NCBI GenBank assembly: GCA_027604505.1
Contig: JADIIX010000071.1
Coordinates: 62,001-111,783, forward strand
Reading direction: 5' to 3'
DNA: 49,783 nucleotides
Source: Gonapodya sp. JEL0774
Taxonomy: Eukaryota
Shown: positions 23,206-35,591 of the stretch, one piece after another
How positions within the stretch are numbered: position 1 is the first letter of the stretch
Layout: each line of letters opens with the position of its first letter
The notes under the pieces: model-generated
Told to the model about the DNA's origin: nothing
What the model saw: the letters and a program-made list of their open reading frames with translations, nothing else
Databases searched by the model: none
Translations under genes and position numbers: made by a program

Positions 23206-23892
23206 CTATTCATCGGTTTCCGATGGTTTCGATTGGAGTGAAGGCCCTCGACCTGAAAAGACATTTGTAAGAAGACGTACAATGCCGCAATTCATAAAGC
23301 ATACATACCGTTTGCGAGTTCGATGGCAGTGACGGTTTGCAAAAGTTCCCGTTCCATTACAGACGACCAATTCTCGACATCACCCAGTTCCTGTTTGAAA
23401 TCATACAGAAATCACAGTGTAGGTGTAGGGAATGAGCAACGTTAATGATAGCAGCGAGCAGCTTTTGGTGACCATTCGATCTTCACCTTCAGAGCGGTGT
23501 CGAAGGTCACCATGAGCTCAGACCACTGCTTGATTTGCTGCTGCAACGCTTCAATGTTTCCAGCGAGTCGTTTCTCCTCCACCTCGAGTTCGCGCTCGTT
23601 GGAAAAGACTATTCCTGCCCTTTCAATGAGCGGAGTTTCACAATACATCTGTTGAGACTGAGATGGGCAGTGCGCTGATGGTACCTTGTATTGACGCAAT
23701 CTACAAGAACACTGGTGAGACTTTCCAAAGATGCCTGAGCTTCGCGGCGAAGGCGCTCTGAGGAAGTTCACAGTCGCAGAAGTGAGTTCCTTTGTCCCGT
23801 CCCTTATGAGGATGCCCTCTTACAATCGCACCTATTCGCGACTTTTCCTGAGTTTGCATGACTTGCCGCTCTTTCAAAATTTGAGCGAGCAT
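23206..23892 (-). CDS. BLOC1S1: BLOC-1/BORC subunit 1 (GCN5L1 family)
   Basis: MLAQILKERQ...VFSNERELEVEEKRL...QIKQWSELMVTFDTALK|ELGDVENWSSVMEREL matches the GCN5L1/BLOS1 ALKE.GD.ENW signature. Last exon uncertain (stop at 23292 or 23206). Confidence 0.88.
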
Positions 23893-24042
23893 TGCGATTG
23901 TTTTGTCTCGAGAATCAATCGGGAAGATAACCGATTGACTGCAAGACCGATTTCAGCAGGGTGCCCACGGCCCCTCCAAGCTGCCCAGTGACCAAAGGAA
24001 CTTTGAAGCTCATCACCAGTTGGAATTCCGTCAAGATCGAAA

Positions 24043-26236
24043 ATGCTTTCAAATTCTGGGAATCCATCTGGTGCTGGTGTAACGCGCGCAGCATGGAGAC
24101 TCCGGGACTACAAACAGACCGGGGAGAAGGGACAGACGCTCATCACGCCGGCGTATCTCAAGCAGCTTTGCAGAGAGCAGAAGCTCTATTCAACACCGGC
24201 CTTGAATGACAAGATATACCTGCACTATAAAGGTAAGAATTGTCTCTCTCGGAGGTGCTACATCGTGGAGCTAGGCTCAAATGCAAAACCTGCATGCCTT
24301 CGTCCTGTGCGTATTCGTCTACTTAACATACAGGTTTCACCAAAATCGAGAACCTCGACGAGTATACAGGTCTAAAAGCGCTATGGATGGAAGGAAATGG
24401 AATTGGAAAGATCGAGGGTCTGGAAAATCTGACGGAACTACGTTGTCTGTGAGCTTCATGTTCCGATAAGTTTGATGACATCCATCGCCAAGAAGCTCCT
24501 TTTCCCGCCCTTCTGCCAGCTACCTTCACCAGAACACAATCGAACGCATGGAGAACCTCGAACGCCTCGTCAATCTCGACACGCTCAGTTTGGGCAACAA
24601 CCTGATTCACAAAATAGAAGGAATCGGTTCCATCGCCGGTCTCAAGACTCTTCAAATGCCAAACAACTACATTCGAACGGCAGAAGATATGAAGGGATTG
24701 CTTGAATGTCCAAGCTTGTCGTAAGTAGACCTTCTACTCGACCACCTGGGGAGCTTTTGGAACCTGTGAGAACAACCGGAACAATCGCTACGGCAATTTG
24801 CTAGAGACAGCGTAACACATGCTCAATTGGCGCAAGTTTTGTTTCTATGCACGCGTGAAAAGGAAGCAATGAAAATGTCCACGAACGGCGAATAACCTCG
24901 CTGTGAATCTGTCGCACTACCAACAGCATTCTCGATCTTTCACACAACAAAATCGAGGACCCTACGATAATCGATGTTTTGGTTCAAATGCCCAATCTGG
25001 TGGGTGGATGTGCAAGTTCCTTTATTTGTTCTTGAAGTTCCAATGTCCACTGTGTGTCTCCCCCACCAAAGACGGTGCTCAACCTTCAAGGCAATCCCGT
25101 CATCCGGCAAATTGAAAACTATCGTCGTCGGCTCATTGCCGGGTGCAAGAAACTGACCTATCTAGACGATAGGCCCGTATTTGAAAGTGAAAGAAAGCAA
25201 GTCGAGGCATGGTGGGTTCATTGTCACTGAGTCGGGAAGAAACGAGCGAGTGGTAGATTGATAAACCAATGATCGCAAAACAGGGCCCGCGGTGGACTCG
25301 ATGCAGAGCGCGAAGAGAGGCAAAAGCAACGTGAAGAGGAGCGTGCCGAACATCAGCGAAACTTTGAAGGTAATGTATTGTTTTGTTCGTTGAGGGGGTT
25401 CTGCAACTGATCACAAGATTCCCATCGACGAACACCCCTACTATCCACTCCTTGCAGCTCTTCTTCGAATCCAACGTGAAGCTGTCGAACGCCGTCGGGC
25501 AAGAGGGGAGGATGTCGACTCTGATCCGCGGTACGACTCTCCCCAACTTCGCCGCCTCCACGCAGACATGCTCTCGCAGATTGAGAACGACAACACCACC
25601 GTCGGTGGAGACAACGACGATAGCGACGAAGGTGAAGACGCTCAAGATGCTGCGAGCGACACCGGTGGTGGAGGTGAAACGCATCTCCGTCAGGGGAGTG
25701 GTGCCACAGACGGAGAGGAGAGCGACAGTGGTGCATCGACGGCAGCGCAAAGTGAAGGATCAAGAAGATCGCTCACCTCAGCGCGATCTGGTGATACGGC
25801 CGTCCGAACACCATCGAATGTTCCAGTGCGAAGGTTTAGAGAGGTGGATGTCACCGGTCGGGCAGTCGCGGGGGACGCAGATGCCGAGAACGACACCGCT
25901 TCGGAAGCTGGGAGTGAGAGAAGCGGGGCTACTGTGCAGGAAGAAAGGGCGATTGGTGAAGCTAGCGGAAGACGAGTGCTGATTCAGGAGATCGGAGGGG
26001 AGGAGGCTGCTGTGGATTCGAGTGAAAGCAACCACGGCGATGTGCATCAAGAAGATGAGGAGAACAGAGCGGCGGAGGTGCCCCCACTCGAAGATGCGTC
26101 GGCTGTCATCGAAGAGATGAGGATGGGCGGTTCGTCAGTGGGCGAGGAGCAAGAAGACGCCGCCGACAGGTTCGCGAGGGAGATCAGGGCCGGACCGAGG
26201 CAGGCATGGAGAGGACCAATTATCGAAGAGCTTTGA
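24043..26236 (+). CDS. DNAAF1: Dynein axonemal assembly factor 1 (LRRC50/ODA7), LRR protein
   Basis: [69 protein letters not shown], then SDS22-type LRRs, [20 protein letters not shown]...[14 protein letters not shown], and an acidic tail ending IIEEL*. Confidence 0.92.
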
Positions 26237-26349
26237 CATTAACCCGTAGTGCAGACTGTGTAATATAAATTTACATGCGTGGTGGGGTATACGAACATGC
26301 GCGGGCGTCCTATCGAATCACAAGACTCCGCTGGAGTTTTACAAAAACG

Positions 26350-29300
26350 GCATCTAGGATCCCTCTGAGACTTTCCTGCTCGTGCTTAGAAAAGCGTTCG
26401 TCTCGACACTCAGACAAAACCTATTCAGGTCAAAGTGGGTTCAATGTCATCGATGCGGAACTGATTGACATTCTACAGCCTCTGAGAAAGACTCACTGAG
26501 AGCTGCAACTGCAATTGACGCAACGCTTCCCGATCTTTCACATCCCGAGGCTCTATCGATAATCGATCTCCGAACACCACGTCGTGGAGAAGGGACACGA
26601 CGTGGGCGACGTCGGCGAAGGTAGATGAGGGATCTGCGAGTGGTAACGACAAGGACCCCTGCGGTTGCTTCACAAACAGAGATGTTCAATTGTCGGTCTC
26701 ACCTTGGAGATGCTTCGTTACAAGGGGGACAGCCTCTGAAGTGTATGAAGCACACCAGGTGCCGAGAAGGATGGCGATTTGAGCAAGCCACGGAGCTCCC
26801 TTTGCAGAATCACGGTAAATTCGAAGTCAAACCCTTCTAGAATATTATTTTCAGAATAGGATACGCGCCCACCTTCCACCCGTCTTTCGCGACAATCCAC
26901 ATCCCCAACCGAATGGACAACGGCGACGCCACGGAATGCAATTCTGCGTTATCTGCCAAACATTCGGGATGAGCAGCTGTGATCGAGTTCGCTAAGCTCA
27001 GGGCACCGTAGACGGCGTCAGACGGCAGCGTTGATGTCTTTTATGCAACGAGGTGTGGTGCTACATTTGTTGGTGGGGAACAGTTGCCAAAGGGTCGGGA
27101 AACCAAGTCTCACCTGAAGACCCTCGATGAGTTCGCAGACCACGGGGAACAAAAAGTCCAGATCCCACTCTCCCATCGCGACGATGGTTGAGATTGCCAC
27201 CTTTGATTTGGTTAGAGATTGACGCGTTTTCAGTGCCTCGTGCGGATGGAACCAAAAATGAAACAAACGGTTCAGGTGACCCTCACCTCGTGAATAATCG
27301 TTCGCCTCGTCCAGAACACGAGAGGGTCCAGCTCGTTCACCGTCGTTCCGTCTTGTTTGCGTTTCTGAAATACGAGGAGGTCGATCTCTTGTTGCATCCT
27401 CCCTTTTCACATACGAGCCCCCCGTCCCCAAACTTCATCATCTCACCTTGCTCACGTTCCTCCTCTTTGCTGCCATCGCCACATCCAAGTCGACAAACCC
27501 CCCGCCACCGTTACCGCCACCCGACCGAATGGTCTCCAGCTCCACGGTACGGTATCCCACCAGCACGGTCCACGACAGACTCGCGAAAGCATCCCGCGAG
27601 ACAAACCCTTGGGCATGCAGACGTTCAAAGGTGCCGAGTGCGTGGCCCACGATGGAGGGAGTGATGTCAGGTGCTGGGGGAGGTTGGTGTGGAGCGTGCA
27701 GGGGGTGTTGAATTCTCCCAGAGAACGAACATGGCGCGCGGAGGAAGCGCATTCTGGGCACCGTACCAAAAGAAAATGGGAACACTCACATGTTAGACAC
27801 GCCGCCAATGATCGTAGCATACCGTCCGACACCAGTCCGAGATAATACAGCGACGCGAGGAACAGGCTCTGCAAGTCCGCGTGCCACTCCAAAAACGGGC
27901 CAAACACCGTTCCTAACCGTCGTCGATTCGCAGCGCACAAGCATAGTGAGCGGACAAACAGGAAGAAAAAAAAATATTAAAAAACAACCTGCAAAACCAC
28001 TCATTCCGACAATACTCACCACCGCCCGCGATCTCCACACACAGCACAGGCACGAGCGACGTCTGGATCGTCGCCAAAAATGCGGTTCCGAAGGGGTCCG
28101 AGTCCTCGGAAAAGGTTTCGTAGATGCGGGACCGGAGGATCGTGTTGAGTGTCAGGAGGATCATCTTTTGTGACGTGGGAGGCAGGTACGAGTGGGCGCA
28201 AACGTCAACATTGTGTTGATGGGGCAAGTAAGTGTAGACCGCCACCACTCCCGAACCCAAGCTCCCCCCCCACCCCGCCATGGCGCACACTCACCTTGGT
28301 CATGCCCGCATCCCCCGCTCTAATCTCCCACAAGAGTTTGGGCAACGACAAGGTCCACGAGCGGGCCAGGTCCTTGAGCGCGGGAGAGTCGTGGAACAAG
28401 TTGAGGGAGGGGTCGGTCTTTTGTGGGGGTGATGGGTGGTGCGAGGGGGGGGGGGGGGGGGGGGGGGGAAGAAAAGGGACCACCCACGATGTNNNNNNNN
28501 NNGGTAAGAAAAAGGAAGCACCACGTATGTGATGGTGAGCACCAACGCATCCTCGCCCACCCCCTACGACCTGCCGCGGCCCGACCCCACTCCACCCACC
28601 ACGAGCAAATCCCTCATCATCTCCGCCGCGCCCCTCTTCACCTCCGACCCCACTTTCGCCCTCGCATACGCCTCGTACACCGCCTTGACCACCGCTTGTC
28701 TGGTCTCACTCTTCCCCGCGGCCACCACGCTTTTCACCGCCCTCGCCACCCCGTCGAAGCCGTCCCCGTCCCACCCTGCCTCCACGACCGCCGCCACGGC
28801 GTGCGCCACACGGTCGTCGAGGGCCGTGGCCAAGGAGGCGACGGACGGGGAGGGGGACGGGGAGGATGAGGATCGGAGGAGCGGTGTGATGGACGCGGCG
28901 ATGTGGGCCAGGGACGCGTCCCACGCGAGCAGGTCGGCGAGAGATACGGACTGTGGTGCCGCGCTGCGGAACGGAAAGTGGACCGCGACGGTCTTGGCCA
29001 GGCCGAGGAACGCGTCGACGAGCCAGGCCGAGTCCACCATGTTGCGGTTGTGGTGGTGGTGGTGGTAGTTGTAGCGCACGGCCTCGGCGTACCGTGCCCA
29101 GAGCACCGCGAGCAGGTCCAGAATCCTCGCGAGGAGGAGGGTGCAGGTGGCGAGCTGGGCGGGTGATCTTGCCGACGCGAGGAACACGGTGGGTGCGGTT
29201 TCGACCCAGAGAGAGGTGAGGAGGGGGTGCAGGAGGGAGAGCAGGTGGGGGGGTGAAGTGGTGCTGCGCGTGGTGTGCGACGACCCGCTGCCAGTCCCGG

Positions 29301-31499
29301 TCCCTGTCCCAGTCCCTGTTCCTGTCCCTGTCCATCCGCCAATTGCCCGAGAGTGCGTCTGCCCCGGCACAGCCATGGTCAATCTCCCCGTTCCGCCTCC
29401 CGTTCCCGATACACCCCCACTCCCGCCGCCCACGCCACCCCCCCACCCCCCCGGCCCCGCCGTGTCCACGGCCGGCACGGCGGGGTCCTCGAGGATGTCG
29501 AGGCCCGAATAGACGAGGAGTGTGGGGAAGGGGGTGGGGCTTGGTGGGTGGGAGGGGTGTGATGGGGAAGCGGAAAGAGCAGGAGGACGGACGAGGAGGA
29601 GGATGGTGGAGAGGAGGTCGAGGCGGAACTTTGGGGTTGGGGAGGGGGTGCGGGAGGAACGTGTGTGAGCGGGAAAGAAGCAACAAGGGCTGTGAGTCGG
29701 TGCGGTCGCCCAGTGTGCACAGTGTGCCACGCATCGCACCATCCGAGAACCCATCCCCGAGTTCACGACCACAAACCCCAAAAGCCCAAACCCAAAACCC
29801 CAAACCCCAAACCCCAAACCCAAGCCCCACCTTGTTCGTCCCCAACACACTCCTAGGGTTTGTCACCAGAACCGGTCCCTGGTTCTGTCCCTGGTTCTGG
29901 TTCTGGTTCTGCACGTCCCTGTGTCCCTGTGTCGACGACGACGCCGAGGCGGATGTGGATGTGGAGGCGGGTGCGGAAGAGGAGGAGGAGGAGGTTTCGG
30001 AGGATACGAGGAGGGACACGAGGAGGGGGAGGAGCTGCGTGTGTGTGTGTGTGTGTGTGCGGGGTGTGCGGAGGGGGTGTTATGGTGGGGTCACACATGG
30101 GCACACAAACACAAGAGTCGAACAGCACGCCCCACGGCCACGGCCAGGGCACGGGCCCACGGCAAACCGCATCAACCAACCCACCGTCTCGGCGTACCCC
30201 TCACCCTCACCGTCACCGTCACTCTCGGGCACCCCATACCGTCCCCCGCGGCCCACCCCACCGCCGGCCGGCACGACGACCCCGCCCCTGACGAGCACCT
30301 CGACGACGCGCACGCCGTCCGCGCGCACGTCTTCCAATATGTGGGACAGCGCGGCTGCCGCGTGGGAGACGAGGGTTTTTGCGGTGGCAGGGGGTAGCAG
30401 CAGGTGGTGGGCACCAGCACCACCTGCACCTACCCCTGAACCTGACCCTGCACCTGCACCTGAACCTCCACCTCCACCTCGGCCAACGCCGTTGCCGTTG
30501 CTGAGAGCGAGCAGGGCGTCGAGAGTGTCCCGGCAGGCGGCGCGGACCTGGTCGTCGTGGTCGGAGAGGAGCGGGGCGATGCGGGAGAGGATGGAGGGGA
30601 GGTGGGGGAGGAGGGCTTGCGGGGGGTGGAGTTGGAGGAGGGAGGACAGGGAGAGGAGGGAGGCTGGGGGAGGGGGAAGGGGGAGCGGGGTTGGGGAGGG
30701 AAAGCGGGGTTGGGGGAGAGTGAAGGGTGAGGGTTCGTCAGCGAGCGCCTGTTGCGGCCTGGTTCCCCGACCGGTGGAACCCCCGCGACCCTCGCCACCG
30801 GTGACTTCAACCACCCACATTTCCTGGTTCCTGCGGCATAGTGTCTGACGAGGGACAGGAGGTCCTTGAGCGACTGGTTCTTGATCTTGATGTCGTCGAG
30901 GGACGATGCGGAGGCGGAGGAGGGGTCGGGGGCGGCGGGGAGGTCGGATGAGGAGGGGTGATGGGGGTCTGGGCGGGAGGGAGGTGGCTGGGCGAGGGAG
31001 ATGGATTGGATGGGGACGATGACGGCTTTGGGTGAGGGGGTGAAGGGGGTGAGGGGGTGGTTGAAGGGGAGAGAGGGGAGAGAGGGGAGAGAGGGGAGAG
31101 AAGTGTAAGAGGGGAGATGAGGGGGAGACCAGTGTGGGGTACCTTTTGTCTTCAAGTTTATGATTGTCTCCTTTGCCTGAGCTGCGGACTTGTGAGAGTT
31201 TCCGAGCTTGAGTTTTGCTTTCTATTTGGGGTGGGTGGGTGGGATGGAGTGGAGTGGAGAGATGGGAAGGGGGATGAGAAAGGGGGAAGGGTGGATGGGA
31301 AAGGGGGATGGGAAGGGTGGCGGATGGAAGGGGCAAAGGGAAGGGGGCACGGAAGAGGGAAGAGGGAAGGGGGAAGAGGGAAGGGGGAAGGGGAAAGGGG
31401 GAATGGGAAGTGGGAGAACGACACACTTGAAGGGGAGTGCAGGCCACAGACCTTGAAGTCCGGTTCATGTTTCCCCTTTTTCTTCTTGCCCCCTCCCAT
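26350..31499 (-). CDS. IPI1: Pre-rRNA processing protein IPI1/TEX10 (Rix1 complex); 3' end approximate; spans a 10-N assembly gap
   Basis: MGGGKKKKGKHEPDFK|KAKLKLG...AVIVPIQSI...SLKDLLSLVRHYAAGTRK...ILSRIAPLLSDHDDQVR...AALSHILEDVRADG is the Ipi1_N pattern. Helical-repeat-like exons continue to ~26.4 kb. Confidence 0.82.
28493..28502. other. Assembly gap (10 N) next to a poly-G run
   Basis: N characters in the sequence. Confidence 0.98.
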
Positions 31500-31512
31500 C
31501 GATGCTGCACGC

Positions 31513-31570
31513 GGTGACCAGGGTGACCGGGGTGATCGCGGTGATCGGGGTGACCGGGTGACTCGGGGTG
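31513..31570. repeat. Degenerate ~9-bp tandem repeat (GGTGA[C/T]C[G/A][G/C]) immediately upstream of the IPI1 ATG
   Basis: ggtgaccag-ggtgaccgg-ggtgatcgc-ggtgatcgg-ggtgaccg-ggtgactc read directly. Confidence 0.8.
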
Positions 31571-32524
31571 CACGGGCTCCAGCACGAAGACTTTTCTCTT
31601 TTCCCACACCGCAGCAACGCCACAGCACTCAATTCAGAGTTGAACCAAAGTCACGTGACCCCATGATGGGTGTTTCTCTTACTCAGGCGCAACGCAAGCA
31701 GGCCATGAATACTCCTATCAGTCCTCTGGAAACACGGCGGTGTGGCATGACTTTGGGCTGTGTGTTGGAACTGCTGACCCCCACCACTGCCATTTTACTC
31801 TGCCACTGAGAATGCCCTTGTGGGCCGTGGGCCACGGTATGAAACCTTGTGGTTCTGAGTTGTAAACAAGGGATTTCACAGTTCCCTCAGAAAGAGGAAG
31901 AAGGGAGAGAAAGTGGCTCAAGGATGCCATGGACAGCGATGATGCACACCAGCAGAGGGGTCCTCAACCTTGTATCTTGAAAGCTTTGGAGCTCTTTGAA
32001 TGGATGACAGTGTAGGTTGCAGAGTTTGACATGATGAGAACTCACACTTGGTGCCATGTTCTATGACAAGGGGCGATGTAGAGAGTGTAGACTTATATTT
32101 GTCTCACGGTGACATTCCATCCTAAGACTCTTCAGCCTCGATCCTCATCGATTCCAACACGTCCCATCACAGCCAGCCCGTACACTCATTGTTGCCACAC
32201 GAAGTTTTCTTACACCATGTCAGGTTCCTGCTGAGTGTATCAAAGATAAACACATACTTTTTTGATATACAAAAAAAAAAAGAAGATCTGCTCAATGAGA
32301 TCTCAGTAGCTATATAGGTGCACTTGTATTCTCTTGGGATTACACAGACAAAGGTAAAGTCTCCGTGGCGGGAAAGTTTGGTGCAGTTGGTGTACAGGGG
32401 AGTGAGGAGTGCCGTGATTGGGGGGGGGGGAGGGCAAAACGACCACGGGGAGGGAGTAAGAGTGTTCCCATGTGCAGTATGGAAGGATGTGCACCGGCCC
32501 GTGTATGACCTGCGACTGGGTACT

Positions 32525-32560
32525 TGGCTCCCGCACCTGGCTCCCGCACCTGGCTCCCGC
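32525..32560. repeat. 13-bp tandem repeat TGGCTCCCGCACC x~2.8
   Basis: Read directly from sequence. Confidence 0.85.
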
Positions 32561-33652
32561 CCGCCCCCTCACCCGAACCACGCCGTCCCGGTCCTCCGGT
32601 CCCCCTCCACGTCCCATCCCGGCATCCCCATAGACGTTTTCGACGGGGCAAGAGTGGAGGCGGGGAAGGTTACAGCGTGGCAAAATGGGGAACGAGGTGG
32701 GTGCCGGATGCCGGATGCTGGGGGTTGGGAACGGCGGGTCGGTCGGTGGTTCAAAACGCGGAACGCCGGACAGAAGGTGGATGGACAAACGAGGATGTGG
32801 GAGCGGGGCGGGGGGAAAACAGGCCACAAGGGAGTGGAAGTGGATACATACAGCACCAGGGGGTTGTTGCAGAGGATGGTAAGAACGAACGGGGTGGTGG
32901 TTTTCTTTTTGGGGTTGAGGGGTGTGGGTTTGGGTTTCGTTTATATATATCAACCAAAATGACATGTGCATTTTTGCACCAGGTGGTTTCCGTTTCGTTC
33001 TCGTTTTCTTCTTCTTCGTTTTTTCGGGTTTCAAAAGTATCCGTGTATGTTCGTTCACCAATACACCGTGCTTGGTGGGTTTTTGTTCTTCATTCCATCG
33101 GGCACTCGGTACCCGGCTTGCTGTGCTGAGGTGCTGTTTGGCGTTCGGTCCTGATTTCCCCGTACCGCAAAACCCTCACCCGTGGTGCAGTGGTGCCCTG
33201 TTCTGGGTCCCCATCACGCCCCTGAGCCCTCCACCTCGAGCGCCTGGTGCCCGCAAACACAAACCCATCCCGCCCAGCCGCTGTCCCCGCACCGTGCCGC
33301 GAGCGGCGAGGTCGTTCGTGTTCGTCGCATCCTCCCGCCCTGCCGCGCCCGCCCACCTGGTTCTGGCCCAGCGTCACGGTCACTCCCTGTCCGTCCTGTG
33401 CGGCAGTGGGTGGGGGGTGTGGCGCACGCGGGCCCTGGACATTGGTGGGTCGGGTGCAGGTGCCCAAGATGGGTGGTGCGTCAGACATCCCGCGTGCACC
33501 TGCGAAACCCCCGTCCCCTCCCTGTCCCCGTACTCCCCCTCGCCCTGCCCTCCCCTTCTCCCCTCTAGAACACTTGGTCCCGTCCACACTCCCGCCTCTC
33601 CCCCTCCGAGACGCAACCCCCCCAACCCCCCCCAAAAAAAGCCCCCTCCCCA

Positions 33653-35591
33653 TCAGCCCCCGACCCGTACCGCCGCCCCCTCCGCCTCCTTCCTCCGCCT
33701 CTCCACCTCCCACGGGTACACCTCCTCCCACCCTACTCCCCCGCGCACCACGTCTTCCCACGTCTCTGGAAACGCGACGCCGCTCCTACCGCCTGTGTTG
33801 ACCCTCCCCATGGTACCGTCTCTGTACCCGGTCGCGTGGACGTGCCACAGGGCGACGGACTTGCAGGGGTTGCGGGCCACGATGCCCGCACGGCCCAGGA
33901 CGTGGATCAGCAGGTTCTCAACGCCCCAGGAGCCCAGGGGGACCGCAAGGCGGAGCGAGCGGGGGGGCAGGAGGGGGAGCGGGAGGGGGGGGCGGAAGAT
34001 GAGGGCGTCGTGGGAGCCCTTGAAGGTGGACCCGGGGGCGTGGTGGCACTCGTCGATGGGGGGGGAGTGTGGCGGGGGGGTGGAGGGGAGGGGGGGTGCG
34101 TCGCGGCGGGAGAGGAAGAGGGCGGTGTGCGGGGGCAAGGGGTGTATGTGAGAGGAGGAGGAGGTGTTGGAGGTGTTGCCGGTGCGGTTCGGATCGAGCA
34201 GCAAGGCCAGTGACTCGTCAAAGTAGACGTCGAGGTTGGCGAGGCAGGCAAGGTGGGGAGAGGGGATGTGGAGGGTGGCGTGGAGGAGGGCCGTGGAGAC
34301 GAGCAGGCGGGGGATGGGGGGATGGAGGGGGTACGGGAGGGGAGTCTGTGGAACGGGGGGGGGCCGTTGGTGGGAGTGAGGAGGACGAGTATGCGTGTGG
34401 TGGGCTCGTGGGGTGACGTTCCACGGCCTCCCCCGTACGGGACATCTCACCCCTCTCCCACCGAGTGACGGAGTGAAATATGGACCACGACCGATACGCC
34501 GCGACAATTGCCATGACCACCCGTCGTCTCTCGTCTCTCGTCTCTTGTATGTCGTCTCCTCGTGGTGATACACCCAGGTCCGAGATCTCTCCCGTACACG
34601 CACACACAGGCACACCACAGGTGTTCCAGTGTCCACGAACGTCGGTGTCCTGTGTCACGTGCCCCACCGGCCCCCAAAAACACACACCACGTGCACACAC
34701 ACGCCACGGCCCCATACACACACACAGTCAAGGTGAGATCATGAGACAAACTCGAAACGAGACACTCACGTGGTTGGTGAGGTTTGCCGGCGGTGGTGGT
34801 GCGACTGTCCGGTCCGAGGTTCGGTGGACGGTGGTCGTGGTCCCTCCTCCTTTCGCATGGTGGAGGCCATTGGTCCCAACGTGACTGACCCTCTCCGTGT
34901 CCCCCTCCTTGTCGCGCTTGCCCTCCTTGTCGCTCTCTTTCTCCCCCCCTCTCTCTCTCTGGCTGTGGCGGCCCTGGTGGTCCTCGTCGTCGAAGAAGGC
35001 ATCGGGTCCGTGTACGCGGACGAGCACGAGTTTTTTGAGGAACACGTCGTAAGGGAAGAGAGGGTCGATGAGTTTGAGTTGAGGGAATGGAGGCAGGTGA
35101 CGATGAGGATGGAGATGAGCGGGTTGGATGAGATGGATGGAGTGTACGAGGGGGTTTCTAACGTTTTGAGCGAGAGCGTGAGCGAGTTCGATAGCGCGGG
35201 GGAGGGAGGAGGGGAAGAACCACTGGGAGATGAGATGGAATTGGGGGACAGGGGAAGGGGGGGAAGGGGGAGATGGGAGGGAAGGGAGGGATGGGAACGA
35301 GGGGAAGGAGGGGAGGGATGCGAGGGATGCGAGGGATGGGTGGTGGTTAGAGTTGGGGATGCGGGTGGAGTACGGGGTGCGGAGGGAGTGGGAGACAGAG
35401 GGGACGTGCAAGTCGATGATGACAGGCACAGGGACGGAGGGGGTGTTGAGGGCGTTGAGGGGGTTGAGGGAGGGAGGGGCGGGGCTGAGGACAGCGAGTG
35501 CCAGTGCCAGTGCGAGTGGGAGGGCGGCGAGTGGGAGACAGAGCTGTGGCCTGATGAACGCCTGGGGACGGTCAGCGTGAGACTCCCCCAT
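33653..35591 (-). CDS. Type II membrane protein, putative GT-A-fold glycosyltransferase of uncharacterised family
   Basis: MGESHADRPQAFIRPQLCLPLAALPLALALALAVLSP (signal anchor) followed by a Pro/Ser stem. Then FHLISQWF...RAIELAHALAQNVRNPLVHSIHLI, ACLANLDVYFDESL (acidic DxD-like), LFLSRRD, GSHDALIF, LGSWGVENLL, RNPCKSVALWHVH. Confidence 0.6.

Noticed and set aside
29253..30848. 531-aa plus-strand ORF and many other long overlapping ORFs in GC-rich blocks
   Set aside because: Antisense or off-frame shadows of IPI1, CAT, COX18 and the GT-like gene caused by stop-codon scarcity; low complexity, no motifs.
32303..33600. Additional gene between the CpG-poor relic and the GT-like gene
   Set aside because: ORFs on both strands are low-complexity with no motif or coherent splice model.
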